A stretch of 64,000 nt of DNA, taken from positions 134,896 to 198,895 of the forward strand of contig CAZXDT010000002.1 in assembly GCA_964639295.1 (NCBI GenBank), read 5' to 3'. This document shows positions 10,700 through 20,144 of the stretch, piece after piece. The first letter of the stretch is position 1; the number at the start of each line of letters is the position of its first letter. Below the pieces are notes generated by a model. The model searched no databases and was not told where the DNA came from. It was given only the letters and a program-made list of their open reading frames with translations. The translations under genes were made by a program, and so were the position numbers. This DNA comes from an uncultured Candidatus Saccharibacteria bacterium. Lineage in GTDB: Bacteria; Patescibacteriota; Saccharimonadia; Saccharimonadales; JALRHH01.

Positions 10700-13342
10700 A
10701 TGGCAGACGGTAGGAAAAAATTAGCAATTATTGACGGTAAGTCAGTTTTTTACCGTGGGTATTACGCTATGCCGGGACTTACTACCAAAGATGGCACTCC
10801 AACAGGGGGTGTATACGGCTTTGCAGTCATGGCCTTAGAGGTTATCAAGCGACTCAAGCCTGACTATGTCTGCGTAGCTTGGGATAAGCCTAAGACCAAC
10901 ATCCGTAGGCGTCTAGAACTGTACCCTGAATATAAAGCTGGCCGTAAACCACCTCCACCTGATTTTTATACCCAAATCCCTATGCTCCACGAGCTGCTAG
11001 AGGCTTTTGGTTGGCCGTTGTATGAGTTTGACGACTATGAGGCCGACGACATCATGGGTACGCTTGCCATGCAGGCAACTAAAGAAGACATTGAGACCCT
11101 GCTTATTACTTCTGACATGGACATGTTACAGCTTGTTGATCCACACGTGCATATGTACGCGCTTAAGAAGGGTCTGAGCAACATCGAACTCTACAGTCCA
11201 GCTAGCTTCACGGCTAAATACGGCATCCGTCCCGACCAATTCCTAGACCTTAAGGCACTCAAGGGCGACAGCTCTGATAACATCCCTGGCGTACCCGGTA
11301 TCGGTGAAAAGGGCGCCCTAGAACTACTTAAGACGTATGAAACCCTGGACGGCGTATACGATAACCTTGCACTCATTAAAGACGGCCCACGTAAGAAGTT
11401 AGAGGCAGGTAAGGATCTAGCATATCTCAGTAAACAACTTGCTGATATCTGGACCAATGCCCCCGTAACCCTGGATCTTGAAGACCTGGATGTAAACAAA
11501 TGTAACCCTGACAAAATCCGTGAATTACTACAGAAGTTTGAATTCCGCACACTGGTACGCCAGCTCCCTGAAGTCATGCAGGTCCAAGAACACCATGCCT
11601 CAAATAGTGATGGGACGGGCAGTACGCTCGGCAAAGTAGGAAATAACGTGTTCATTGATAGTGATAAAAAACTAGAAGACCTGGATTTCAAAAAAGCGAG
11701 CGAAATTATTGTTCATAGTCGTAGTGCAGGCAAGCATGGCAAGAACCCACAACTGCTCATGCTGAGTGATACACCTGGTCAAACGTATACTTTGGATCTC
11801 ACCAAGCTGTCCCACGCAAAGGTGGCCAAACAGCTAGCTGGTTTACCCGCCGTAGTTGGGTACGATGTTAAATCTACCCTAAAAGTCTTGTTAGAACTGG
11901 GCGTAGAGTTACCCCCTGTTCATCACGATGTTCTGGTCGGTGCATTTATGCTCAACGCACTCAGGCGCGAACAAACACTAACTGAACTTGCCAATGCTGA
12001 TATTGATTACGATGGCACGTTGGAGGACCTCTCAACAGAGGAGTTAGCCGAACGCGCAGCAGAAGTAACTGCAGTTATAACTGCATTGTACAAGCAGCAG
12101 ACCCTTGAACTTGCAGAGATGCCGAAGGTTATTGAACTGGGTAAAACAATTGAATGGCCAGTGATTTCCGTCCTGGCTCGTATGGAGTACGAGGGCATTA
12201 AGCTCGATACCGAATATCTCGACAAGATGTCAGAAAGCCTGGCTGATCAAATCAGTGATGTAGAGCAGCAGATTTATGGCCATGCTGACCAAGAGTTCAA
12301 TATCAGTAGTCCCGCACAATTGGCTGATATCCTGTTTGTAAAACTGCAGCTTCCAACTCAAGGAGTAAAAAAGGGCAAGACCGCGTATTCTACTGCGGCT
12401 AATGAGCTGGATAAACTTCGTGCGGTACACCCGATCATTGATCTTATTACGCAGTACCGAGAATACACCAAGCTCAAGAGTACTTATGTTGATACATTGC
12501 CGAAGATGGTTGATGAAAACTCTCGTCTCCACACTACGTTTGCACTGACCGTGGCGCAGACAGGACGACTGAGCAGTAACGATCCTAACTTGCAGAATAT
12601 CCCGGTTCGAACAGACCTCGGCAAGCAAATCCGTACTGCGTTTGTCGCAGGCAAGGACAATGTATTAGTGAGTGCGGACTATTCACAGTTTGAACTGCGT
12701 TTAGCTGCACACCTGGCTAATGATGAAGAACTGATCCAGATGTTTAATGATGGTGCAGACGTGCACACAGCCACGGCCGCACAGGTCTATAACCGTGCCC
12801 CAGATGAAGTTACTAAGCAGATGCGCCGTGATGCAAAGGTAATCAACTTTGGCGTGTTGTACGGCATGAGCCCACATGGCCTCAGCGCCGCGACCGGCAT
12901 GGATTTTGTAGCCGCTAAGCACTTTATTGATAAGTATTTCGAACTACGTAAGCCACTACTTGATTACATGAATAGCCTCAAAGAAACTGCTCGGAAAGAT
13001 GGCTATGTTGAAACGTTATTTGGTCGTCGTCGCCCGATGCCTGACATTCACTCGGCTAACTTTATTGTTCGCCAAGCTGCCGAACGCGCAGCAATCAACA
13101 TGCCAATTCAGGGGACAGAAGCTGATCTTATGAAGCTAGCCATGGTCCACATAGAAGAAAAGTTACAGGGTACAACAGCCAAACAACTGCTCCAGATCCA
13201 TGACTCAATCCTTGTAGAATGCCCAAGAGAAGACGGTGATAAAATAGCCAAGCTTCTGAAAGACACAATGGAAAACGTCTACAAACTCCCCGTAAACCTC
13301 ACGGTGGACGTCAGCATAGGCAACAACTGGGGTGAACTCTAG
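10700..13342 (+). CDS. polA: DNA polymerase I
   Basis: 5' nuclease domain (GYYAMP..., DNIPGVPGIGEKGA) and polymerase motifs (DYSQFELRLAAH, RRDAKVINFGVLYGMS, QIHDSILVE). The central 3'-5' exonuclease-like region lacks the DxE motif (IIVHSRSAG). Confidence 0.95.
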   Translation: MADGRKKLAIIDGKSVFYRGYYAMPGLTTKDGTPTGGVYGFAVMALEVIKRLKPDYVCVAWDKPKTNIRRRLELYPEYKAGRKPPPPDFYTQIPMLHELLEAFGWPLYEFDDYEADDIMGTLAMQATKEDIETLLITSDMDMLQLVDPHVHMYALKKGLSNIELYSPASFTAKYGIRPDQFLDLKALKGDSSDNIPGVPGIGEKGALELLKTYETLDGVYDNLALIKDGPRKKLEAGKDLAYLSKQLADIWTNAPVTLDLEDLDVNKCNPDKIRELLQKFEFRTLVRQLPEVMQVQEHHASNSDGTGSTLGKVGNNVFIDSDKKLEDLDFKKASEIIVHSRSAGKHGKNPQLLMLSDTPGQTYTLDLTKLSHAKVAKQLAGLPAVVGYDVKSTLKVLLELGVELPPVHHDVLVGAFMLNALRREQTLTELANADIDYDGTLEDLSTEELAERAAEVTAVITALYKQQTLELAEMPKVIELGKTIEWPVISVLARMEYEGIKLDTEYLDKMSESLADQISDVEQQIYGHADQEFNISSPAQLADILFVKLQLPTQGVKKGKTAYSTAANELDKLRAVHPIIDLITQYREYTKLKSTYVDTLPKMVDENSRLHTTFALTVAQTGRLSSNDPNLQNIPVRTDLGKQIRTAFVAGKDNVLVSADYSQFELRLAAHLANDEELIQMFNDGADVHTATAAQVYNRAPDEVTKQMRRDAKVINFGVLYGMSPHGLSAATGMDFVAAKHFIDKYFELRKPLLDYMNSLKETARKDGYVETLFGRRRPMPDIHSANFIVRQAAERAAINMPIQGTEADLMKLAMVHIEEKLQGTTAKQLLQIHDSILVECPREDGDKIAKLLKDTMENVYKLPVNLTVDVSIGNNWGEL

Positions 13343-13821
13343 TGGAACAAACGGTTAAGCGGGCAAAAGAGTTGCTACAGACCGTACGACATGCCGCTAT
13401 GGCCACCGTTAACGAAGATGGTTCGCCACACAATACTCCATACCGATTTATGATCGATGACTCACTCGAGAATGTGTACTGGGGCTCACATCCAGAGTCG
13501 AAGCACTCACGGAACATTGCGCGTACAGGCCAAGTTTTCATCGTACTCTTTGAAGCAAATCAAGGTGGTGGTTTATATATTGAAGGTAGTAATGCTCATG
13601 AGCTAAGCGGTGAAGAATTAGACTCTGCCTTAATAGTGCACAATACCTACAGAAAAATGGAGGGCAAAGAGCCAATTCCGACTGCATACTACCAAGAAAG
13701 TGAGCAGCGAATGTATAGTGCAAAGGTATCGAAACTCTGGGTAAATTATTCTGTGAAAGATGAAGAGGGGCGAGTCTCTCGTGATCTTCGCCAAGAAATC
13801 AACAAGGAGGACTTGCAATGA
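13342..13821 (+). CDS. pyridoxamine 5'-phosphate oxidase-family (FMN-binding split-barrel) protein
   Basis: The GTG start overlaps the polA stop by 1 nt. N-terminal pattern HAAMATVNEDGSPHNTPY is typical of the family. Confidence 0.6.
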   Translation: MEQTVKRAKELLQTVRHAAMATVNEDGSPHNTPYRFMIDDSLENVYWGSHPESKHSRNIARTGQVFIVLFEANQGGGLYIEGSNAHELSGEELDSALIVHNTYRKMEGKEPIPTAYYQESEQRMYSAKVSKLWVNYSVKDEEGRVSRDLRQEINKEDLQ

Positions 13822-14783
13822 GTCGTATATTTAACCTGAACAAGTTAGTACGTGACGGGATAGTTCCAAGCATGGAAGAAATGGGCCAGCAGCCCGTGCA
13901 CCGAGAGCTTGGTGACGAAGAAAAGATAGATGCTTATAAAGCAAAGATTTTAGAAGAATGTAACGAAGGGGACCTTCCTGACTTATTAGAAGTTATTGAG
14001 GCCTGGGCAGAGGCGGAAGGTATGTCGTTCGAAGAACTTCGTCGCCAACAATTAGAAAAACGAGCCAAAATTGGGAGCTTTAGTACGGGCACGTATATTA
14101 GTACACTTACATTGCAAGACGGAGATAAATGGGTGGATTACTATGCAGCAGAACCAGACCGCTTCCCCGAAACTACAACTAATCTTAGGCAGCAAACAGT
14201 TGATACTTACAATCAATCCGCCAAGGAACTTTCTGAATATTTTCAAGGCATTGGTAGTAGGGTGGAGCATATTGATGAAGCTCTCAACATGGCAGGAAAC
14301 GTAGAGAACCCACGAATACTTGAAATAGGATGCGGCGACGGTAGGGATGCAAAAGAAATTGTAGAGCGTACGAGTTCATATGTAGGTTTTGACATATCAG
14401 AAGGTCTCATAGACTACGCAAAGAAAAATGTCCCTGGTGCAGAATTTAGTGCTGCAGACGCAACTACTTTTGAATATCCAGAAAATCTTGATGTGGTCTT
14501 TGCATTTGCTTCATTACTTCATTTAGATAAAACAGAAGTAACCGAAGTCTTGTCTAAGGTTGCTCGATCACTTCGTCCTGGGGGTATATTCTATATATCT
14601 CTTAAGTACAGCTCAGACTATAAAAGCGAAATCAAGGAAGATCAATTTGGTACAAGGCTGTTTTACTTTTATAACGCAGACATAATTGCAGAATGCGGTG
14701 GTGACAGCTACGAGCTTGTGAAAAATGAAGTTGAGCACAAAGGAAATACTGATTGGGCTGAAATAGCTCTAAAAAGAACGTGA
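13818..14783 (+). CDS. fusion protein: MazG-like NTP pyrophosphohydrolase domain + class I SAM-dependent methyltransferase
   Basis: N-terminal KLVRDGIVP...EECNEG...LLEVIEAWAEAEG (MazG/PRA-PH-like). C-terminal ILEIGCGDGRDA SAM motif I. ATGA overlap with the upstream gene. Confidence 0.7.
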   Translation: MSRIFNLNKLVRDGIVPSMEEMGQQPVHRELGDEEKIDAYKAKILEECNEGDLPDLLEVIEAWAEAEGMSFEELRRQQLEKRAKIGSFSTGTYISTLTLQDGDKWVDYYAAEPDRFPETTTNLRQQTVDTYNQSAKELSEYFQGIGSRVEHIDEALNMAGNVENPRILEIGCGDGRDAKEIVERTSSYVGFDISEGLIDYAKKNVPGAEFSAADATTFEYPENLDVVFAFASLLHLDKTEVTEVLSKVARSLRPGGIFYISLKYSSDYKSEIKEDQFGTRLFYFYNADIIAECGGDSYELVKNEVEHKGNTDWAEIALKRT

Positions 14784-15126
14784 TCAGTACTTGAGAGTAT
14801 TTTCGCAGATACTTGGCTGCTATTGAGGGATACTATCCGGACAGCTAGAGATGGGAAGCGGATTATCTCTGGGGTTAGGGGGTCTGATGTCAGAAACAGA
14901 AACACTCCAAAGGTCTGATGAAGAACAACTCCTTCGGGAGATAGATACAATCCTTGACTTACCGGAGCTCATCCCGGGTGTTGGAGAGTTTGTTATAGAT
15001 CCAGATACATTTGGATATATGTCACTCGGTCAACGACACCACATCGGTCGGTTACATTAGATTTCTTGCCGCAACTACTTGCCAAGGGGCATATAATGGA
15101 AGCAGCACTTAACATGGTGGTCATTA

Positions 15127-15732
15127 ATGCATAGAGTAGCCCGAACATCATACGACACCTCAGCTGACCAGTTTAGCCAGCACTATGACCAAATTGGCCC
15201 CAGAGAGGGCGATATTGAGCTAGCCTTTGCTTTGGCAGGTAGCCCAGAACACGCCAGAGTACTAGAAATTGGCTGTGGTAATGGGCGGGATGCCCATTCC
15301 ATCGTGCAGCGCACTAATAATTATACCGGCGTAGACACCTCAGAGAAATTGCTGACAATTGCCCGCAGAAGGGTACCTCGTGGAAACTTTGTGTTATCCA
15401 GCGCGACTGATTTTGAATACGTTGGTCCGTATGATGTTGTGTTTGCGTTTGCCTTGTTCCGCCACATGGATCTTGAGGAAGTGACCGATGTTTTGAGAGA
15501 AGTCTATCGATCCTTAAGGCCCGGTGGTGTTTTTTATATCTCGTCAAATTATGGGTTGAAGTATGAGCCAATTGATCAACAAAGCCCCGTGGGTGGAACA
15601 CGCCGGATCTACACCTATAACCCGGATATTATCCGTAAACATGCACCGGCAGGGCTCAAGCATGTGTACCAAACACGGGATACAGTGGATGGTCACGAGT
15701 GGTTTGAGGTTGCACTTCAAAAGGTATTGTAA
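15127..15732 (+). CDS. class I SAM-dependent methyltransferase, paralog of the C-terminal half of 13818..14783
   Basis: VLEIGCGNGRDA, DVVFAFALFRHM and LRPGGVFYIS line up with the equivalent motifs of the upstream fusion. Confidence 0.8.
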   Translation: MHRVARTSYDTSADQFSQHYDQIGPREGDIELAFALAGSPEHARVLEIGCGNGRDAHSIVQRTNNYTGVDTSEKLLTIARRRVPRGNFVLSSATDFEYVGPYDVVFAFALFRHMDLEEVTDVLREVYRSLRPGGVFYISSNYGLKYEPIDQQSPVGGTRRIYTYNPDIIRKHAPAGLKHVYQTRDTVDGHEWFEVALQKVL

Positions 15733-15763
15733 ATCATTGACAGTTGTGTTATAATATAGGTAT

Positions 15764-16321
15764 ATGAGATATTTGATAGGTGTTCTTGGTGTTGTAGCTG
15801 TGGTATTTCTTGTTGTCGTCTTGTTCTTCGGTGGCAATGACACAGAAATCCCGGTTCAGGGTACTACTAAGATAATGAAACTAACAGACTATGCTGACAA
15901 AAACAGTACTGTTAGCCTAACAACTATCGGTAGAATGGTAGGCGAGGAAGATCGCCGCGCTGTTCGTGTGATTGTGAGCCCTAATGAGCGCCGACTTGAG
16001 ATATTGAACGGCTACGAGGAATCTGTAGCTAGCAGCCAAACGTTCTCTAACACCCCAGAAGCCTATAGTAACTTCCTGAGTGCATTAAGTAGTCTTGGGT
16101 TCACGAGTAGCCGTAAGGTAACTGCTGACCCACGTGGCGTATGCCCAACGGGCAATCGTTATATCTATGACCTCAGCGAAGATGGTAACCACTTGAGCAA
16201 TCTCTGGCAGGTGAACTGTGACATACGCGGTACCTTCGCTGGTCGCGGTACAACAACACGCCAATTATTCCAGCAGCAGATCCCTGGCTACGATACTTTG
16301 GTTCGCGGCGTCAAGCTCTAG
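15764..16321 (+). CDS. hypothetical membrane-anchored protein
   Basis: N-terminal TM helix (LIGVLGVVAVVFLVVVLFF). TGtTATAAT ends 8 nt upstream of the ATG. Confidence 0.55.
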   Translation: MRYLIGVLGVVAVVFLVVVLFFGGNDTEIPVQGTTKIMKLTDYADKNSTVSLTTIGRMVGEEDRRAVRVIVSPNERRLEILNGYEESVASSQTFSNTPEAYSNFLSALSSLGFTSSRKVTADPRGVCPTGNRYIYDLSEDGNHLSNLWQVNCDIRGTFAGRGTTTRQLFQQQIPGYDTLVRGVKL

Positions 16322-16339
16322 TACTGGTAGAATAGGAGA

Positions 16340-16915
16340 ATGATCAAGGCTATTATATTTGATTGTTTTGGGGTGCTTGCCACCGATATTTGGCTGGCAT
16401 TTATTGATTCTTTACCAAAAGGAACTGACCTCACCCAAGCCAGTGCACTGAACAAAGCTTATGACAAAGGGATCATTCCTGACGAAGATTTTATAGCTGG
16501 TATACATGAGATAACAGGCCAGGACCCGCCACTACTCAGACATTTACAGCCCGGCCAACTGGTCAAGAACGAAGCGCTGCTTGATCTGATCCGTACACTG
16601 AGACCAGACTTTGTTATGGGTGTTTTAAGCAACATATCAAGCGATTGGATTACGAGCGAATTTTTGAGTGCAGAGGAGCAAGCACTTTTTAAGACATATG
16701 TCCTGTCGTATGAAGTAGGCATGATTAAGCCCGACCCAAGGATGTACATATTGGCTTGCGAGCGACTACGTGTGGCACCACATGAGGCATTGATGGTAGA
16801 TGATCGTGAACTCTATGTTAATGGTGCCCGTGAGGCGGGTCTGAGCGGCATCTTGTACGAAGATCTTCACTCATTCAAGCAACAATTAAACGAACTATTG
16901 AATACGAATTACTAA
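16340..16915 (+). CDS. HAD-superfamily hydrolase
   Basis: Motif I IIFDCFGVL, motif II VLSN, and a C-terminal VDD motif. Confidence 0.75.
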   Translation: MIKAIIFDCFGVLATDIWLAFIDSLPKGTDLTQASALNKAYDKGIIPDEDFIAGIHEITGQDPPLLRHLQPGQLVKNEALLDLIRTLRPDFVMGVLSNISSDWITSEFLSAEEQALFKTYVLSYEVGMIKPDPRMYILACERLRVAPHEALMVDDRELYVNGAREAGLSGILYEDLHSFKQQLNELLNTNY

Positions 16916-17134
16916 ACGCTTGTCAGTCTGACAGGCGTCTTTTATTTGCACTAAGAAAGGGCGCAAGGCACCAGCAAGGGCGCTACCTTTGACCCCGATA
17001 ACTATCTGAGTTTGCCCGACGGTAATTTGTGGTTTGACCTGAAACTTAGCTTCTACAAAGTCCTGAATAATCTTAATCTCAGGCGGTTGCTCGATATTTC
17101 TATCAGCGAGTAAGTCTGCAATTGAATCGGTCAT
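16895..17134 (-). CDS. hypothetical small protein (possibly DUF721/DciA-like, tentative)
   Basis: 79-codon ORF convergent with the HAD gene. The beta-rich core ITVGQTQIVIGVKGSALAGALRPFLVQIKD only loosely resembles DUF721. Confidence 0.4.
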   Translation of the reverse strand: MTDSIADLLADRNIEQPPEIKIIQDFVEAKFQVKPQITVGQTQIVIGVKGSALAGALRPFLVQIKDACQTDKRLVIRIQ

Positions 17135-17340
17135 TAAGTACTAGTATACAGGGATTCTTAGCAGTCGTTTTAGGAGTAATCAGCACAAAAATACCAGATA
17201 TGGTAAGTATGAGCGAATTTCATGTCAGTTAAGGTTTCTTTATTGACCTCATATAGTTAGCGAGGGATATAATAAGACCTATCCATTTAGGATTTCATAA
17301 TGAATATAGTAGCCTCACACCCCACAGAAAGATAAAAACC

Positions 17341-17802
17341 ATGATAACACTACTACAAAGAGTCCCGGAAGCTGATTTGAGCTCAGATACTTCTTCTGAA
17401 AATATCCTCAAAAGTGTCCCAGAAAAAACACCAGGTCAAGTTACCCTCCGCATTGGAGGTTTTGCCGCACTCAACGCTTTTGATATGGAGTTGGGTGAAG
17501 TTGTAGTTGCCCGAAATATAGGCTACGCCGAGCCGACACCTAAGGAGGAGGCTATGGGTATGCTGAAAATTGCAACAACTGCCGACATTCAGGCAACAAT
17601 GGCCGATAAACACGAAGGGAAGTCTTATGAGTACACACTCGAAGCCGATGAAGCCGAGTTTATACAGAACGCACTTGCCAATGTGGCTGCCAACAGAAAG
17701 ACTCTCACAGGACATGGAGAGCCACTTGCAAACTATGAGTGGGTGAGCGCACTAGAAACCCCGGGATACGGTGTCTATGGCAACCAAAGCAAAGTCGCGT
17801 AA
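17341..17802 (+). CDS. hypothetical protein
   Basis: 153-codon ORF downstream of a 200-bp AT-rich intergenic region. No motif recognised. Confidence 0.5.
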   Translation: MITLLQRVPEADLSSDTSSENILKSVPEKTPGQVTLRIGGFAALNAFDMELGEVVVARNIGYAEPTPKEEAMGMLKIATTADIQATMADKHEGKSYEYTLEADEAEFIQNALANVAANRKTLTGHGEPLANYEWVSALETPGYGVYGNQSKVA

Positions 17803-17825
17803 AGCTTGCCTGATATACTCAGTGT

Positions 17826-18698
17826 ATGCCGGAGTTACCAGAAGTTGAGACTGTTCGTAGTGGTCTGAATAAACTATTGCCCAAAAAACGTGTTCAGCAC
17901 GTTACTTTCGATTGGGTAAAGGGATTTCCAAATGCCCCTGCTGACATAAAACAGTTTTTGATTGGCGCTACTATCACTGAAGTTCGTCGCCGTGCAAAGG
18001 TTCTGATGATCGATCTGGACACTGATTACACGTTGGTAATTCATCTAAAAATGACGGGGCAAATGGTATTTGTGGGTACTGAGCGGTTTGGGGCGGGGCA
18101 TCCAAACGACTCTTTGATAAATGAACTACCAGACAAATCTACTCGCGTAACCTTCGATTTTACTGATGGCTCACACTTGTACTTTAACGATCAACGCAAA
18201 TTTGGTTGGGTGAGACTGCTGCCGACTATAGAAGTGCCGAATCTCGACTTCTTCTTGAAGGTCGGTCCAGAGCCTCTCAGTGCTGATTTTACGTGGCAAG
18301 CCTTCCGCGACAGGCTACTACGACGTAAGAACAGCAATATCAAGGCAGTTCTGCTAGATCAGACTGTCGTTGCAGGCATCGGCAACATTTATGCAGACGA
18401 ATGCCTGTGGGGCGCCAAAATTCACCCAACTACGCTTGTCAGAGACCTGAAAGACACGCAAATAAAACTGCTATTCCAGGAATTACGTCAGGTACTGCAA
18501 TTGGCAATCGACAAAGGTGGTTCCAGTAATCATACTTATGTAAATGCGGAAGGCAAGCGGGGTAGCTACATGGATTTTGCCCGTGTCTTTCGTCGTGAAA
18601 ACCTTGCATGTCCTCGCTGTGGGACCACAATTATCAAAACCAAAGTAGCCGGCCGTGGCACCCACACCTGCCCATTCTGCCAAAAGGAACCGAAGTGA
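17826..18698 (+). CDS. mutM: formamidopyrimidine-DNA glycosylase
   Basis: N-terminal MPELPEVETV, H2TH region, and C-terminal zinc finger CPRCG...CPFCQ. Confidence 0.93.
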   Translation: MPELPEVETVRSGLNKLLPKKRVQHVTFDWVKGFPNAPADIKQFLIGATITEVRRRAKVLMIDLDTDYTLVIHLKMTGQMVFVGTERFGAGHPNDSLINELPDKSTRVTFDFTDGSHLYFNDQRKFGWVRLLPTIEVPNLDFFLKVGPEPLSADFTWQAFRDRLLRRKNSNIKAVLLDQTVVAGIGNIYADECLWGAKIHPTTLVRDLKDTQIKLLFQELRQVLQLAIDKGGSSNHTYVNAEGKRGSYMDFARVFRRENLACPRCGTTIIKTKVAGRGTHTCPFCQKEPK

Positions 18699-19612
18699 CA
18701 ATAGTATTGACTGGCGAGAATAGTTTTATGTTGCAGCAGGAGTTGCGGCGTATTGTTGATGGCTTTGTGGCGGAACATACTGATATGGCTTTGGAGCAGT
18801 TGGATGGGGAAGAGGCAGAGTTCGATCGTATGCGTGAAGCACTACAAAGTCTACCTTTCTTGGCGAGCAAGAAGTTAGTTGTACTGCGCCGTCCAAGTGC
18901 AAACAAGCAATTTATGGAAGCTGCAGAGAGCTTGCTAGCGGGAGCCCCAGAATCTACAGAAGTACTTATTATTGAGCCCAAACTTGATAAACGAACTGCG
19001 TATTATAAGTACCTCAAAAAGCAGCCAGGCTTTACGGAATATACTGAACCTGATACCCCAGCACTTGCCAAATGGCTGACCCAATCTGCAAAAGATAACG
19101 GGGGTAGTTTGTCGCAAAGCGATGCAACCTATTTGATCAATAGAGTGGGTATTAATCAGCAACTTGTCGGCAATGAACTTACAAAGTTATTGCAGTATGA
19201 CCCGTCAGTTACACGACAAACAATTGATCTTCTAACTGAGCGAACACCACAAAGTACCATCTTTGAACTACTTGATGCTGCATTAGCGGGCCAGAGCAAA
19301 AAGGCGCTAGAGTTATATCACGAACAACGAGCCATGAAGGTTGAGCCGCAACAAATCCTGGCGCTACTTGGCTGGCAGTTGCATGTATTAGCAGTTGTCA
19401 AAACAGCAGGTGACCGAGATCCAGGTGACATAGCCAGGGAAGCCAAGCTAAACCCGTTCGTGGTACGCAAAAGCCAAGGAATAGTCCGCCGCCTGAGCCT
19501 CTCAGAACTCAAAGAACTGATCCATAACGTCCTAATCCTAGACATCCGCTTAAAGTCGGAAAGCATAGACGCCGACGAAGCCCTCCAAAACCTCATCTTA
19601 ACCTTGAGCTAA
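18695..19612 (+). CDS. holA: DNA polymerase III subunit delta
   Basis: HolA-like N-terminus VLTGENSFMLQQEL and length. I placed the start at GTG 18695 (GTGA overlap with the mutM stop) instead of the track start 18608, which lies inside mutM. Confidence 0.75.
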   Translation: MTIVLTGENSFMLQQELRRIVDGFVAEHTDMALEQLDGEEAEFDRMREALQSLPFLASKKLVVLRRPSANKQFMEAAESLLAGAPESTEVLIIEPKLDKRTAYYKYLKKQPGFTEYTEPDTPALAKWLTQSAKDNGGSLSQSDATYLINRVGINQQLVGNELTKLLQYDPSVTRQTIDLLTERTPQSTIFELLDAALAGQSKKALELYHEQRAMKVEPQQILALLGWQLHVLAVVKTAGDRDPGDIAREAKLNPFVVRKSQGIVRRLSLSELKELIHNVLILDIRLKSESIDADEALQNLILTLS

Positions 19613-19619
19613 TAAAAAA

Positions 19620-19635
19620 GGACCGTTTCCGGTCC
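19620..19635. terminator. bidirectional terminator hairpin between the convergent holA and rpsT genes
   Basis: GGACCG-TTTC-CGGTCC, flanked by an A-run upstream and, on the minus strand, a T-run. Confidence 0.65.
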
Positions 19636-19657
19636 CTAGTTATTTAAGAAAAGATCC

Positions 19658-20032
19658 TTATTTCTTAGCTGCTGGCTTTTTAGCAGGGGCTTTCTTAGTT
19701 GCAGGCTTCTTTGCTACAACTTTTTTAGCTGGAGCAGCCTTCTTAACAGCAGGCTTAGCTACTGCTTTCTTGGTTCCGGCAGCTACTTTAACACCAGCTT
19801 TTTTAGCTGATGCTGACAGTTGACTCTTCTTACGAGCAGCCTTTTGCTTGCTCATAACACCTTTTTTAACAGCCTTGTCGATGTTGCTCTGGGCAGCAGA
19901 CTGAGCTTTAGCGCTTGGCTTGCTGATAAAGGCTTTAACAGCGGCTTTAAGTGACTTTTTAGTTTTTACGTTACGGATAGTTGCTTTACGGGCAACTTTA
20001 ACGCGCTTTTTTGCTGATTTGATAATTGGCAT
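19658..20032 (-). CDS. rpsT: 30S ribosomal protein S20 with a Lys/Ala-rich C-terminal extension
   Basis: MPIIKSAKKRVKVARKATIRNVKTKKSLKAAVK is the S20 N-terminus. The last ~40 residues are AKKPA-type repeats. Confidence 0.9.
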   Translation of the reverse strand: MPIIKSAKKRVKVARKATIRNVKTKKSLKAAVKAFISKPSAKAQSAAQSNIDKAVKKGVMSKQKAARKKSQLSASAKKAGVKVAAGTKKAVAKPAVKKAAPAKKVVAKKPATKKAPAKKPAAKK

Positions 20033-20144
20033 ATCTTAGACGATCCTTTTGATTACTATTGTTATGAATGTCGACATTGAATGTACCATCTTAGGGGATA
20101 AAAGTAAAGTAATGCTATTGCTAAGCGAAAACGATTATGGTACC

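Noticed and set aside
17221-17228. Extra copies of the island repeat core CATGTCAG, at 17221 and in the island hairpin loop at 46359.
   Set aside because: An 8-mer is expected to occur about this often by chance in 64 kb read on both strands. Only the full 15-bp pair is significant.
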